From the NCBI GenBank assembly GCA_965207545.1, contig CBDBMS010000003.1, positions 1,064,510 to 1,128,509 of the forward strand: a stretch of 64,000 nucleotides of DNA, given 5' to 3'. Numbering within the stretch: the stretch's first letter is position 1; every line of letters starts with the position of its first letter. The notes under the pieces were generated by a model. It made no database searches. It was not told the origin of the DNA and saw nothing but the letters and a program-made list of their open reading frames with translations. The stretch is from Gammaproteobacteria bacterium. Lineage in GTDB: Bacteria; Pseudomonadota; Gammaproteobacteria; Tethybacterales; CBDBMS01. Both the position numbers and the translations under genes were made by a program. Shown one piece after another: positions 50,832 through 61,107 of this stretch.

Positions 50832-53800
50832 CACAGAAGAGAAGACTGGACCTGAAGGGCTTGATTAACCGTGAGCAACCCCTGAAATTCACTTTTGACG
50901 GCAATTCCTACACTGGCTATCAGGGTGACACACTTGCTTCGGCCCTACTCGCCAACAATGTCATGCTTGTGGGAAGAAGCTTCAAGTACCACAGGCCCAG
51001 AGGCATCTATACGGCGGGCGTGGAGGAGCCGGGCGCGATCGTCAATGTTGGCGACAGAGCGCATGCCGAGCCCAACACCAGGGCAACCTTGGTCGAACTT
51101 TATGACGGTCTGCAGGCAAGAAGCCAAGGAGGCTGGCCCTCTCTTAGGTTTGATGTGCTTAGCGTTCTTTCCTATCTCTCCGCATTGCTGCCGGCAGGTT
51201 TCTACTACAAGACCTTCATGAACCCTCCAAGCCTATGGATGTCCTATGAAAAGATCATCCGCCGGGCCGCATCCTTCGCCGAAGCTCCGCAACACAACGA
51301 TCCGGACTGCTATTCAGAGCGCTACGCCCACTGCGATGTGCTGGTTGTGGGCGCTGGGCCGTCAGGCCTGATGGCAGCCCTGACCGCCTCAAAGGCGGGG
51401 GCCCGCGTCATACTGCTTGACGACCAGCCGGTACCAGGCGGTTCGCTTCTCCACGATGCCGATTCACAGATAGATTCGAAGAGCGGTATGGACTGGGCGT
51501 CAGACATGGTCTCCGAACTCAAGGCAGCCAGCAATGTGACATGCCTGCAGAGAACAATGGCAGTTGGCTACTACGACTTCAACTACCTAACCGCCCTCGA
51601 ATCAGTAACCGGCCACCTCGGAACCGCAGGCCACAAATCGTCGAAACCGCGATATCGGCTGTGGCACATCCGATCTAGGCAGGTCATCGTGGCCGCTGGA
51701 GCAATAGAGCGGCCACTGCTTTTTTCGAACAACGACTTGCTTGGCGTCATGATGGCCGATGCAGTGGAAAAGTACATAAACCGCTATGCGGTGCTTCCAG
51801 GTCAAAAAATCATCTTGTTCACCAACAATGATTCCGGATACAGATGTGCGGTAACAGCTACCAAGGCGGGAGCACAGGTCACAGTCATCGATCCGCGCGG
51901 CGAAAGCGGTGAGAACGGATGGGTGGCCAGGGCAAAAGACGCGAACATTGATATCCGACAAGGCTATGTCCTGGTTGAAGCACAGGGCGGACAGCGGGTG
52001 AGCATGGCAGAAATAGCCCCAGTCATCGATTCCTCGTCAGCACGCCTGACCACCGGTGAAACCAGCAGGCTCCCCTGTGATCTGATCGCAGTCGCAGGTG
52101 GCTGGACGCCAACCATACATCTCTACAGCCAATCCGGAGGCAAGTTGGTGTTTGATGACAAGATTGGAGCTTTCCTCCCCGACGAGCCAAGCCCAATAAG
52201 TCCAGCCTGCTGTGCAGGATCCGCTGCCGGAGCATTCTCACTTGGCACATGTATTGCACAAGGCATGACTTCCGGCGGCGAAGCCGCACAAAAGGCCGGC
52301 TTCTCAAAGCCGAATATCAAACAGCCAAGCGTCTCGGGACTGGATACCGACAATATTCAAACTCTTCATTTCCTGCCAGCCAAGCGGCAGAAGACCGGAC
52401 TACGCTCCAAGATTCTTGTTGACCTGATGAATGATGTCAGTGACGAGGATATTCTCCTAGCCGAAAGGGAAGGATACGGGTCGGTCGAACACATGAAGCG
52501 CTACACTGCCGCCGGCTTTGGAACTGACCAAGGCAAAACCGGAAACGTCAACGCTCTCCGGATTCTTGCAGATGCCAAGGGTGTTTCACCCAAGGAAATC
52601 GGACACACCACTTTTCGTCCACAGTATGTCCCTGTTCCGTTCGGTGCGCTTGCTGGAAGACGGACAGGATCGACATTCATGCAGTCGCGTAAGACGCCGA
52701 TGCACTCCTGGCATGACGCTCATGGTGCCGTCTATGAGGATGTTGGTGACTGGCGCAGGCCCCGCTATTTCACCACCACCGGAGAGTCGATGTACGATGC
52801 GGTCCAGCGGGAATGCAAGTCCCTTCGAGCGGGCGTGGGCATGCTCGACGCCTCAACACTCGGCAAGATCGACATCCAGGGACCAGACACTGCAAGGTTT
52901 CTTGACATGATGTACACCAACATGTTCAGCACTCTAAAGATCGGGCATGGACGATACGGGATCATGCTCAATGAAAACGGCATGCTTATGGACGACGGGG
53001 TGACTTTCCGGCTTGGTGAGAATCACTTCCACATGACCACCACGACCGGAGGTGCCGGTAGCGTAATGAACTGGCTCGAAAGATGGCTTCAGACAGAATG
53101 GCCCGAAATGAAGGTCTGGTGCACTTCCGTGACCGAACAGTGGGCAGTCATGTCACTGTCGGGACCTCGTTCGCGAAACTTGCTGGCCGAACTGACCGAC
53201 CAGCCGCTTGACAATGATTCGTTCCCGTTTATGACCTACAGAGACTGTCAGGTGGCAGGTGTTCCGGCACGCATTTTCCGCGTAAGCTTCACCGGAGAGG
53301 TGGGCTTCGAGATCAACGTCCCGTCAAACCAAGCCCTGCATGTCTGGGAGAGAATTGTTGACTTTGGCGGAGCTCACAACCTAACGCCTTACGGGACGGA
53401 ATCCATGCATGTGCTGAGGGCGGAAAAGGGCTTCATCATAGTGGGGCAGGATTCAGACGGAACACTCACCCCGCATGACATGGGCTTGAGTTGGATGGTG
53501 TCGAAGAAGAAGGACGATTTCATTGGCAAACGCTCGCTATCCCGGCCAGACACCACACGCGAGAACAGAAGACAACTAGTTGGCCTGCTAACCGATGATC
53601 CCAGCAAGATTGTTCCGGAAGGGCATCACCTTGTCGAAAGCTCCTCGCTGCACACTCCGGCAAACATACAGGGCAATGTCACTTCCAGTTATATGAGTCC
53701 GACGCTTGGCCGGTCCATAGCGTTTGCCATGGTCGTAAACGGACGCCAACGCCATGGGGAACAGCTGTACGCATCCGATGGCGGAGATGATGCCATCCCT

Positions 53801-53857
53801 GCCAAGGTGTGCGAACCCATCTTCTACGACAAGGAGGGTGAGAAGCTCCGTGGATAA
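50828..53857 (+). CDS. soxA: Sarcosine oxidase alpha subunit.
   Basis: 1009 aa: N-terminal 2Fe-2S/NAD-binding region (CDVLVVGAGPSGLMAAL), central region, and a C-terminal aminomethyltransferase (GcvT-like) folate-binding domain. Confidence 0.9.
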   Translation: MTQKRRLDLKGLINREQPLKFTFDGNSYTGYQGDTLASALLANNVMLVGRSFKYHRPRGIYTAGVEEPGAIVNVGDRAHAEPNTRATLVELYDGLQARSQGGWPSLRFDVLSVLSYLSALLPAGFYYKTFMNPPSLWMSYEKIIRRAASFAEAPQHNDPDCYSERYAHCDVLVVGAGPSGLMAALTASKAGARVILLDDQPVPGGSLLHDADSQIDSKSGMDWASDMVSELKAASNVTCLQRTMAVGYYDFNYLTALESVTGHLGTAGHKSSKPRYRLWHIRSRQVIVAAGAIERPLLFSNNDLLGVMMADAVEKYINRYAVLPGQKIILFTNNDSGYRCAVTATKAGAQVTVIDPRGESGENGWVARAKDANIDIRQGYVLVEAQGGQRVSMAEIAPVIDSSSARLTTGETSRLPCDLIAVAGGWTPTIHLYSQSGGKLVFDDKIGAFLPDEPSPISPACCAGSAAGAFSLGTCIAQGMTSGGEAAQKAGFSKPNIKQPSVSGLDTDNIQTLHFLPAKRQKTGLRSKILVDLMNDVSDEDILLAEREGYGSVEHMKRYTAAGFGTDQGKTGNVNALRILADAKGVSPKEIGHTTFRPQYVPVPFGALAGRRTGSTFMQSRKTPMHSWHDAHGAVYEDVGDWRRPRYFTTTGESMYDAVQRECKSLRAGVGMLDASTLGKIDIQGPDTARFLDMMYTNMFSTLKIGHGRYGIMLNENGMLMDDGVTFRLGENHFHMTTTTGGAGSVMNWLERWLQTEWPEMKVWCTSVTEQWAVMSLSGPRSRNLLAELTDQPLDNDSFPFMTYRDCQVAGVPARIFRVSFTGEVGFEINVPSNQALHVWERIVDFGGAHNLTPYGTESMHVLRAEKGFIIVGQDSDGTLTPHDMGLSWMVSKKKDDFIGKRSLSRPDTTRENRRQLVGLLTDDPSKIVPEGHHLVESSSLHTPANIQGNVTSSYMSPTLGRSIAFAMVVNGRQRHGEQLYASDGGDDAIPAKVCEPIFYDKEGEKLRG

Positions 53858-54404
53858 GGCCCACTCTCCTCTGGATACCTTCACAGGAAACGCCATCCTC
53901 CAAATGGAGGAGCTTACTGGGATCGGAAAGGTTATTTTTCGATCCGAACCTGACGACAAGACACAAGCCGCATTTAAGAAGGCCACTGGTTCCGAACTCC
54001 CACTGAAAGCGAACACATCATCGGCCGCAGAAGATTGCACCGTCTTCTGGATGGGTCCCAACGAGTGGATGATCCACTGCCCTGAAAATGAAGCGACATC
54101 CCTTGCGGAACGCCTAAGGAAAGAGAATGATGGATCTCACGTGGCGGTCATCGACGTTAGCGACTATTACACTGTCATCCGCATTGGCGGCTCTCACGCA
54201 GAGGCGGCACTAGCACACGGATGTCCTGTTGACACCCATCCCATGAAGGCCGGAGATTGCGCACAGTCCAGGTTTGACACCGCAGCGATTCTGTTCCACA
54301 AGGTCAGCGATTCACCTGTGTTTGACATACAGGTGCGGCGCAGCTTTGCCGAACACGTGGGGAACCTCCTCAATCTTGTCGCAGAGGAGTTTGGAGAAGA
54401 ATAG
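53850..54404 (+). CDS. soxG: Sarcosine oxidase gamma subunit.
   Basis: ~185-aa SoxG family protein following soxA. The GTG start at 53850 overlaps the soxA stop (GTGGATAA). The track ORF starts at 53754, inside soxA. Confidence 0.8.
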   Translation: MDKAHSPLDTFTGNAILQMEELTGIGKVIFRSEPDDKTQAAFKKATGSELPLKANTSSAAEDCTVFWMGPNEWMIHCPENEATSLAERLRKENDGSHVAVIDVSDYYTVIRIGGSHAEAALAHGCPVDTHPMKAGDCAQSRFDTAAILFHKVSDSPVFDIQVRRSFAEHVGNLLNLVAEEFGEE

Positions 54405-54550
54405 GCTCTCTCGCTAGACGAACACCACCTTCCGTTAGGCTACGATACGACTGATATGGAGAACTGTGCCCCTGAAAATTGTTCTGCAACGCTTGTCAAA
54501 GTTTCCAAGGTTTTGTAAACTGATTCCAACTAGATCTAGGGGATACAAAA

Positions 54551-55618
54551 ATGGTCAAAAATAATTTCATACGTAGCATGGTTGTCGCTCTTGTCACAAG
54601 TTTCATGGCGCTAACCCCGGTTCATGCGCAGGATGATCCGGTTTTTCTGAAAACTCCAGTTGCATTCGGATCCCATCTGATTGCGCTGGGAACTCCGATT
54701 CTGTACATTTCCAAGACACTTGAGGAGGTCAGCGGCGGTTCAATCAAGATGAGGTTCTACGAGCCTGGCAATCTTGTGGCGCCATTTGAGATCCTGGATG
54801 CAGTATCCTCGGGCAAGGTGAACTCCGGATACACAACGGCTGGCTATTGGGTTGGAAAGATGCCTGCATCACCCCTGTTCGCATCCATTCCGTTCGGACC
54901 TGAAGCCCCTGAGTTCGTGGCTTGGCTTTTCTACGGCAACGGCCTCAAGCTCTATCAGGAAATGTATGACACCTACGGCTACAACGTTCACGTCGAACCC
55001 TGCGCCATCATCCCCCCGGAAACCTCTGGCTGGTACAGGGAGAAGATCACCAGTCCCAGCCAACTTGAAGGGCTTAACATCCGCTTCTTTGGCCTTGGCG
55101 GCAAGGTCATGGAGAAGCTTGGTGCGAACCCCTCGCTACTGCCCGGAGGTGAGATCTTCGGAGCCCTGGAAAAGGGACAGATTGATGCCACTGAGTTTTC
55201 CATGCCGGCCATTGATGAGCGCCTAGGCTTCTACAAGATAGTGAAGAACAATTACTTTCCAGGCTGGCATCAGCAGTCCACCCTGTTTGAGCTTCTCATC
55301 AACAAGGACACCTGGTTGAATGACATGAGCGACACACAACGTGCCATTGTTAAGACGGTATGCATGGCATCATTAACCAACTCCATGGCGGAAGGAGAGG
55401 CGGCACAGGGAGCCGCTCTCACGCGCCAGCGTGATGAAAACGGGGTAAGTATTGAATACTGGAGCGAAGATATGCTGAATACGTTCGAAAACGCTTGGAA
55501 CGAGGTTTTGGAAGAACAGGTCCAGGATGAGTTCTTCAGGAAGGTCTGGGATGACTTCTCCGCCTTCGACGAGAATTACCAGTTGTGGGAAAAGAACGCA
55601 TACCTTCCGCGCAAGTAG
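54551..55618 (+). CDS. TRAP transporter substrate-binding protein (DctP family), orphan.
   Basis: Signal peptide plus DctP-like fold. AGGGGA SD. No intact dctQ/dctM follows. Confidence 0.8.
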   Translation: MVKNNFIRSMVVALVTSFMALTPVHAQDDPVFLKTPVAFGSHLIALGTPILYISKTLEEVSGGSIKMRFYEPGNLVAPFEILDAVSSGKVNSGYTTAGYWVGKMPASPLFASIPFGPEAPEFVAWLFYGNGLKLYQEMYDTYGYNVHVEPCAIIPPETSGWYREKITSPSQLEGLNIRFFGLGGKVMEKLGANPSLLPGGEIFGALEKGQIDATEFSMPAIDERLGFYKIVKNNYFPGWHQQSTLFELLINKDTWLNDMSDTQRAIVKTVCMASLTNSMAEGEAAQGAALTRQRDENGVSIEYWSEDMLNTFENAWNEVLEEQVQDEFFRKVWDDFSAFDENYQLWEKNAYLPRK

Positions 55619-55643
55619 GTTAACCTATTCATGACTCCTGAAA

Positions 55644-55671
55644 GGGGCGGATCCGGATCCGCCCCTTTTTT
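55644..55671 (+). terminator. Rho-independent terminator after the TRAP binding-protein gene.
   Basis: GGGGCGGATCC-GGATCCGCCCC: a perfect 11-bp stem followed by TTTTTT. Confidence 0.75.
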
Positions 55672-55700
55672 AGAGCCCCGGAAACGGTTCCGAAAGCACA

Positions 55701-56051
55701 ATGTCTGCTCGGCCCGGAAGGATGCACCACCCGTTCTGTGACGCTGTAGACGATCTTGTCATGCGCTCAGGGCAGGCTCTTGCATGGGTCAACCTTGTCC
55801 TGGTAGTCGTCATCTTTGCACAGGTTCTGTTGCGTTGCGGCTATGTGGTTCTCAGGAACTGCAATGGCATCTCTACGCCGTGGCCATTATTGGACTTGTG
55901 GTGCATTCCCACAGATAGTCAACTGGCTGTCCGTCTACGTTTATGGCTAGCTGTTCTACGCCATTTCCAGAATGTCGACTTTCAGACCGACGGGAACCAT
56001 TTCGAACAGTTCCACAATGTTGGCGTTCCGCATCCGGATACAACCGATTGA
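55701..56051 (+). pseudogene. Possible decayed TRAP small-permease (DctQ-like) remnant.
   Basis: The track ORF has LAWVNLVLVVVIFAQVLLRCGYVVL resembling the first DctQ TM helix. A +1 frame carries QIVNWLSVYVYG, similar to the second DctQ helix motif, before a stop. It overlaps the convergent L,D-transpeptidase gene. Weak, similarity-by-eye only. Confidence 0.3.
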
Positions 56052-56438
56052 GCCTGGCTTGCCGTACTCCACGTCATCAGGTCCCCCATGGATGTAGATG
56101 TAGCGGCGCATCGTGTCGACCTTTCCAAGCCGGTTTCTCCCCCTCTCCAAGCCGCTTAGCCACAAAATGCGGGTGAGTATCCAATCGCGGTCAGCACTGG
56201 CACACAGTTCAGGCGAATAGATCTCGCCTGTGGGTCTGCGCCCCCTAAACACCGTGTTCAGCGGTGCGCCAGAGCCAATCTTGGCCCGTATGACATGCAT
56301 TCCCCTGGGAGTCTTGAAACTTCCGTTGATTTCCCCGGCTCCGAATTTCGAAGTGGAAATCGGATATTCCCTCTTCAGCAGATCTCCATTCCAAAGCTGA
56401 AGCTTCTGCTTGTCAAGCAGAATCCGGATTCCAGTCAT
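55956..56438 (-). CDS. L,D-transpeptidase (YkuD domain).
   Basis: YIHGGPDDVEYGKPGSIGCIRMRN shows the His/Cys catalytic motif. AAGGAG SD. The ATG overlaps the tadA stop (ATGA). Confidence 0.8.
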   Translation of the reverse strand: MTGIRILLDKQKLQLWNGDLLKREYPISTSKFGAGEINGSFKTPRGMHVIRAKIGSGAPLNTVFRGRRPTGEIYSPELCASADRDWILTRILWLSGLERGRNRLGKVDTMRRYIYIHGGPDDVEYGKPGSIGCIRMRNANIVELFEMVPVGLKVDILEMA

Positions 56439-56869
56439 CTTTTCTCCTTGAAAAACGATTGCAGCAGTGCCACTGAATCGTTTGCAAGAACGCCGGAACA
56501 AACCGAAGCATGATGGTTCAGGCCATGCCCCCCATCGAACAGGTCAATACGGCTGCCGCAGGCTCCGAACTTCTCATCCGACGCACCGTAGACCAGACGC
56601 TGCAGGCGCGCATGCATGACTGCGCCAGCACACATTGCGCAAGGCTCAAGCGTGACATAGAGCGTACAGACAGGCAGGCGATGATTGCCAAGCCTGTCAA
56701 ATGCGCTACGCAGCGCCACAATTTCCGCATGGGCAGTCACGTCCCCTTCGCGTAACGTTCCATTAAAGCCCTCACCAACCAGCTGTCCGTCCGGATCGAC
56801 GACAACCGCACCCACTGGAACCTCTCCGCTTGCCATGGCCTGTTGCGCCAATCCCAGTGCATACCTCAT
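56435..56869 (-). CDS. tadA: tRNA adenosine(34) deaminase TadA.
   Basis: HAEIVALR...TLEPCAMCAGAV is the CDA zinc motif. Start MRYALGLAQQA was chosen; it may begin further upstream. Confidence 0.8.
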   Translation of the reverse strand: MRYALGLAQQAMASGEVPVGAVVVDPDGQLVGEGFNGTLREGDVTAHAEIVALRSAFDRLGNHRLPVCTLYVTLEPCAMCAGAVMHARLQRLVYGASDEKFGACGSRIDLFDGGHGLNHHASVCSGVLANDSVALLQSFFKEKR

Positions 56870-56909
56870 CCAGGTCTCATCGGCATTCCGCACCAAATCG
56901 GCGCCTAAC

Positions 56910-57404
56910 TCAGCGGCGGAATAGGGAGCGCTTTTCAAGGAACCGTTGGTGATAGTCTTCTGCCGGCCAGAACCGAGTTGCGGCCACAACCTCGGTGGCT
57001 ATGGGCTTGTTGTAGATCCGGCGGCTCTCCAACTCGGACTTCGAGGCTTCAGCCTTCTGTCTCTGATCCTCGTCCAGATGGAAGATTGCTGTTCGGTACT
57101 GTCTGCCAACGTCCGGTCCCTGACGGTTGACCTGCGTGGGGTCATGTATCTTCCAGAACACTTCAAGAAGATCCTCATAGGTCGCCACAGCAGGGTCATA
57201 GGTCAGGAGAACCCCTTCCGCATGTTCGGTCGCCCCGGAGCAGACCTGTTCATAGGTTGGATTGTCCACATGGCCGCCGATGTAGCCGCACAAGGCATCA
57301 GAAACGCCTTCCACCTTGCGGAATGCAGCCTCGATTCCCCAAAAGCAACCGGCGGCAAATATCGCCTTGCCACTCTCGCTTTCCATTTCCGTCCTTTCTT
57401 CCAT
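56910..57404 (-). CDS. msrA: Peptide-methionine (S)-S-oxide reductase MsrA.
   Basis: GCFWGIEAAF active-site motif; 164 aa. Confidence 0.9.
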   Translation of the reverse strand: MEERTEMESESGKAIFAAGCFWGIEAAFRKVEGVSDALCGYIGGHVDNPTYEQVCSGATEHAEGVLLTYDPAVATYEDLLEVFWKIHDPTQVNRQGPDVGRQYRTAIFHLDEDQRQKAEASKSELESRRIYNKPIATEVVAATRFWPAEDYHQRFLEKRSLFRR

Positions 57405-57494
57405 GGTTTTCTTTCCGATTCCTATTATAAGTAATGTTCACTGTTAGGCATTCTGCTACCATGCAGGGATGACAGAATATCCGCAGACAGGCTA

Positions 57495-58604
57495 ATGTCA
57501 TTGCGCATCGCACATCTGCTTCCCCGTTTTGAGGAGGGCGGGGTTGAGCGCGTCGTGCTTGAACTCAATCGCGAAATGGCTGCCGTGGGACACAAGCCAT
57601 TCGTGTTCAGTCTCGGAGGACGACTTGAGGAACAGGCCAAAGCTGACGGGAGTTATGTTCTCAAAGTCAATCTCGCCAGCAAAAACCCGCTGACCTTCCC
57701 TTCGCGGGCACGAACCTTGATGGCCACCTTGGCCAATGTGCAGCCCGATATCGTGCATGTGCACAGCCGTGTTCCTGCCTGGCTTCTTCGCCTTGGCGGC
57801 GCGAAACGCTGTTATCCAGTCGTGTCCACTGTACACGGCTTCAATCACGTCAGTCTTTATAGCAAGGTAATGACCGACGCACTTAAGGTTACCGTTCCGA
57901 GCTCCGCACTGAAAAGACATGTCATCAAATACTACCGGATTCCCGAAAGCCAAGTGGCGGTTGTCCCGTGGGGAATAGATCCAGGCACCTTCAGCGACAG
58001 CAAAGTCGATCCGAAAACCGTTGAACAGATCAGAAAGATCTGTGACAACAACTCGAAATGCCATCTCATAGCCTCCATTGGACGGCTTTCCGGAAGAAAG
58101 GGACATGACCTTTTCATAAAGGCCCTTGCAATGGCACAACGCAAAAGAGGCAACCTGTTCGGAGTGGTTATCGGAGGAAAGGGTGATTCGTCTGAACGGG
58201 ATCGCCTCATCCGACTCTCCCACTCCGAAGGCATGGGAGACCGGATCCGGATGGTGGACACGCTTGATGACATCGTCTCTGCCTATTCGGCAATCGACAT
58301 CCTAGTGGTCGCATCGCCCAAGCCTGAAGGCTTCGGCCGGGTCGCACTGGAAGCAATTGCAATGAATCGGCCCGTCGTAGCGGCCCGTCAAGGCGGAATT
58401 CTGGACATTGTCAAGGACGGGGTGAATGGCATACTCTACGAGCCCGGCGAAATAGGCGGAATGGCAGCGGCCATCATCCGCGCTGCAAATGCCGAATGGG
58501 GTAGCCTCAGGCCTTCAGTGGAAGCGTTCCAAATCGGACGATCCATCGATGAAATCAACAGCATATACAGGAACTGCAGGGAGATGTTCCTGCACGGAAG
58601 ATAG
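57495..58604 (+). CDS. GT4-family glycosyltransferase.
   Basis: A GT-B fold with a C-terminal EGFG-type motif (PKPEGFGRVALEAIAMNRPVVAARQGG). Confidence 0.8.
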   Translation: MSLRIAHLLPRFEEGGVERVVLELNREMAAVGHKPFVFSLGGRLEEQAKADGSYVLKVNLASKNPLTFPSRARTLMATLANVQPDIVHVHSRVPAWLLRLGGAKRCYPVVSTVHGFNHVSLYSKVMTDALKVTVPSSALKRHVIKYYRIPESQVAVVPWGIDPGTFSDSKVDPKTVEQIRKICDNNSKCHLIASIGRLSGRKGHDLFIKALAMAQRKRGNLFGVVIGGKGDSSERDRLIRLSHSEGMGDRIRMVDTLDDIVSAYSAIDILVVASPKPEGFGRVALEAIAMNRPVVAARQGGILDIVKDGVNGILYEPGEIGGMAAAIIRAANAEWGSLRPSVEAFQIGRSIDEINSIYRNCREMFLHGR

Positions 58605-58624
58605 GGTTAGAATCCAGCCATCCG

Positions 58625-59680
58625 ATGAAGATCAAACCACTCTCTGCCTCTCCGTCAACAGCCTTGCCCAACCATGCCCAAGGCTCAGGAAACCTTCTCG
58701 GTTCAGTCACCTCGGTTCATTCATCCTTGTCCGAGGAGCCGCCTGTCCCTTTCAAACGCCCTTGGTGGCTGTTCAACTCCCATCTGGAAACCCTCTATTC
58801 GAATGCAAGATGCGCTAGGATCAGGATCGAATACGAACATGAAGAGGTGCTCACGCCCGATTCGGATTCAGTGCTGTTCCACTACATCAGCGGCGAAACG
58901 AACCGCCCGATGCTTATCTTGTTCCATGGCCTCGAGGGAAATTCAAGCAGCCCCTCCATCAAGATGATTGTCCATCATTTCCAGCAACGTGGCTGGTCAG
59001 TGGTCATTCCACACTTCCGCACCTGCGGGACAATGAACCGGTTGCCACGAGCCTATCATGCCGGTGACGCCGACGAAATCGAGTGGATGGTCAAGTACGC
59101 CAGCAAACTCATCCCCGTCTCCCGGATTCATGCTGCCGGCATTTCGCTGGGTGGAAACGCCCTAATCAAGTTTCTGGGGGACAAGGGGCAGAACCATCTG
59201 GCTTCGGCCGCAGCCATCTGTGCGCCAATGGATCTCTCTGCATGCGCACGGTGCCTCGAAAGCTGGCCTAACAGCAGGATTTACAGCAGGCAATTCCTAG
59301 AAACGCTTCTGCTCAAGGTTCAGATGAAGTTGCAGAAATATCCTTTTCTTGTTGACCAGAAACTCCTAGCAGGGATCAGGACCATCCGCGAATTCGACAA
59401 TATGTACACCGCTCCCATCCACGGCTTCAAAAATGCAGAGGACTACTACCGGAAATCAAGCGCCCGACATTCAATCGCCATGGTGAGCACCAGTTTGTTG
59501 TGCATCAATCCGATAAACGATCCTCTGGTGCCATACCGGTCAATACCTAGGCAGGCAGATGTGCCTAGCTGTGTCAGAATGGAAACACCTAGACATGGAG
59601 GGCACCTTGCCTTCGTCGCTGGAAGAAAGGGTTTTGACTGGCTTCCCAAGCGCCTTGAAAGCTTTTTCACAGTAACATGA
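58625..59680 (+). CDS. YheT-type alpha/beta hydrolase.
   Basis: WWLFNSHLETL...ILFHGLEGNSSS...AAGISLGGN aligns with the YheT/abhydrolase family. The N-terminal extension makes the start uncertain. Confidence 0.75.
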   Translation: MKIKPLSASPSTALPNHAQGSGNLLGSVTSVHSSLSEEPPVPFKRPWWLFNSHLETLYSNARCARIRIEYEHEEVLTPDSDSVLFHYISGETNRPMLILFHGLEGNSSSPSIKMIVHHFQQRGWSVVIPHFRTCGTMNRLPRAYHAGDADEIEWMVKYASKLIPVSRIHAAGISLGGNALIKFLGDKGQNHLASAAAICAPMDLSACARCLESWPNSRIYSRQFLETLLLKVQMKLQKYPFLVDQKLLAGIRTIREFDNMYTAPIHGFKNAEDYYRKSSARHSIAMVSTSLLCINPINDPLVPYRSIPRQADVPSCVRMETPRHGGHLAFVAGRKGFDWLPKRLESFFTVT

Positions 59681-61107
59681 AAGGCGACAGAAGGACGGCA
59701 GTGTGCCGTTCCATATTCAAGGCATATGACATAAGGGGAATTGCTGACGAACAGCTTGGCGGCGAGGTTCCCGAACTGATTGGACGCGCCTTTGCCCAGC
59801 AGATGGAGGAAAACGGACGCGGCAAGGTGGCGGTCGGAAGAGACGGCCGCCTGTCCAGCCCGCGGATCGCCAAGGACTTGGCGAAAGGTCTTTCGCAGGG
59901 CGGCGCCGAGGTGTTTGACATTGGTCTTGTCCCAACACCGATGCTCTACGAATATGCGTTGCTGCACACTTCGGGCTCCGGCATCATGGTTACCGGAAGC
60001 CACAATCCAAAGGAGCATAACGGACTCAAGATGATGATTGGGGGACAGCCGGTCGTCGACGAGGGAGTGTACCGGCTATACGACCACATTACGCAGGGAT
60101 TCCCCCCACCTGCTGGAAAGCCAACACAGGTTTCGGCATGTGATTTCAAAAGGGAGTACATCAGCCGGATAAGGGATTCGATTACGCTCAAACGGCCAGT
60201 CAAGGTTGTCGTCGACTGTGGCAACGGAGCAACCGGCAAGGTGGCGCCGGAATCTCTTGAGGCGGTAGGATGCGAGGTTATCGGTCTATACACTGACATT
60301 GACGGCGAATTCCCCAACCACCACCCTGACCCTGCGGATCCGGAAAACCTGAAGGACTGCATGCATAGCCTTAGGGAGACCGATGCCGAACTCGCCATTG
60401 CCTTTGACGGCGATGGCGACCGTCTTGGCGTGGTTTCAAGAGATCTGGGCATGATCTACCCGGACCTGATTCTCCTTCTCTATGCCGAACAGGTGCTACG
60501 CATAAAGCCAGCAGCAAAGGTCGTCTACGATGTCAAGTGCACCAGACTCCTGAGGCAGTGGGTCGAATCACGCGGTGGAACTGCCATTATGTCGCGAACC
60601 GGCCACTCCTTCATCAAGAAACTCATGCGCGAAGATGAAGCGGACATTGGCGGGGAAATGAGCGGACACTTTTTTTTCCGCGACCGGTGGAGCGGTTACG
60701 ACGACGCCATTTATGCCGCCGCCCGCCTACTGGAACTTGTATCCTGTGAGGATCACGCCGACCGACTGTTCGATCGGCTGCCGGAAATCTTCGCTTCGCC
60801 TGAAATCAAGGTTGACCTTTCGGGAATCGGCATAAGCCCAGCGGAACTCGTTTCCCGGGTGGCAGCGGAGTTGGAGTTGCCTGAGGGAGCCAGTCTCAAT
60901 ACGACTGACGGGCTAAGGATAGAGTTCCGGAACGGCTTTGGATTGGTGCGCGCTTCCAATACGACACTTTCGCTAGTGTTACGGTTCGAGGGCGATACGC
61001 GTGAGGACCTGTCCGAAATCAGTGAATGGTTTCGCCAGATTCTTCAGGTTCTCCTAGGATTTCCGGAAATCTCGTTTCCATCACAATCCCGCTTGATAAC
61101 GGGATAG
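59677..61107 (+). CDS. algC: Phosphomannomutase/phosphoglucomutase (alpha-D-phosphohexomutase).
   Basis: SIFKAYDIRGIADEQL...MVTGSHNPKEHNGLK (active-site Ser)...FDGDGDR motifs. Confidence 0.9.
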   Translation: MKGDRRTAVCRSIFKAYDIRGIADEQLGGEVPELIGRAFAQQMEENGRGKVAVGRDGRLSSPRIAKDLAKGLSQGGAEVFDIGLVPTPMLYEYALLHTSGSGIMVTGSHNPKEHNGLKMMIGGQPVVDEGVYRLYDHITQGFPPPAGKPTQVSACDFKREYISRIRDSITLKRPVKVVVDCGNGATGKVAPESLEAVGCEVIGLYTDIDGEFPNHHPDPADPENLKDCMHSLRETDAELAIAFDGDGDRLGVVSRDLGMIYPDLILLLYAEQVLRIKPAAKVVYDVKCTRLLRQWVESRGGTAIMSRTGHSFIKKLMREDEADIGGEMSGHFFFRDRWSGYDDAIYAAARLLELVSCEDHADRLFDRLPEIFASPEIKVDLSGIGISPAELVSRVAAELELPEGASLNTTDGLRIEFRNGFGLVRASNTTLSLVLRFEGDTREDLSEISEWFRQILQVLLGFPEISFPSQSRLITG

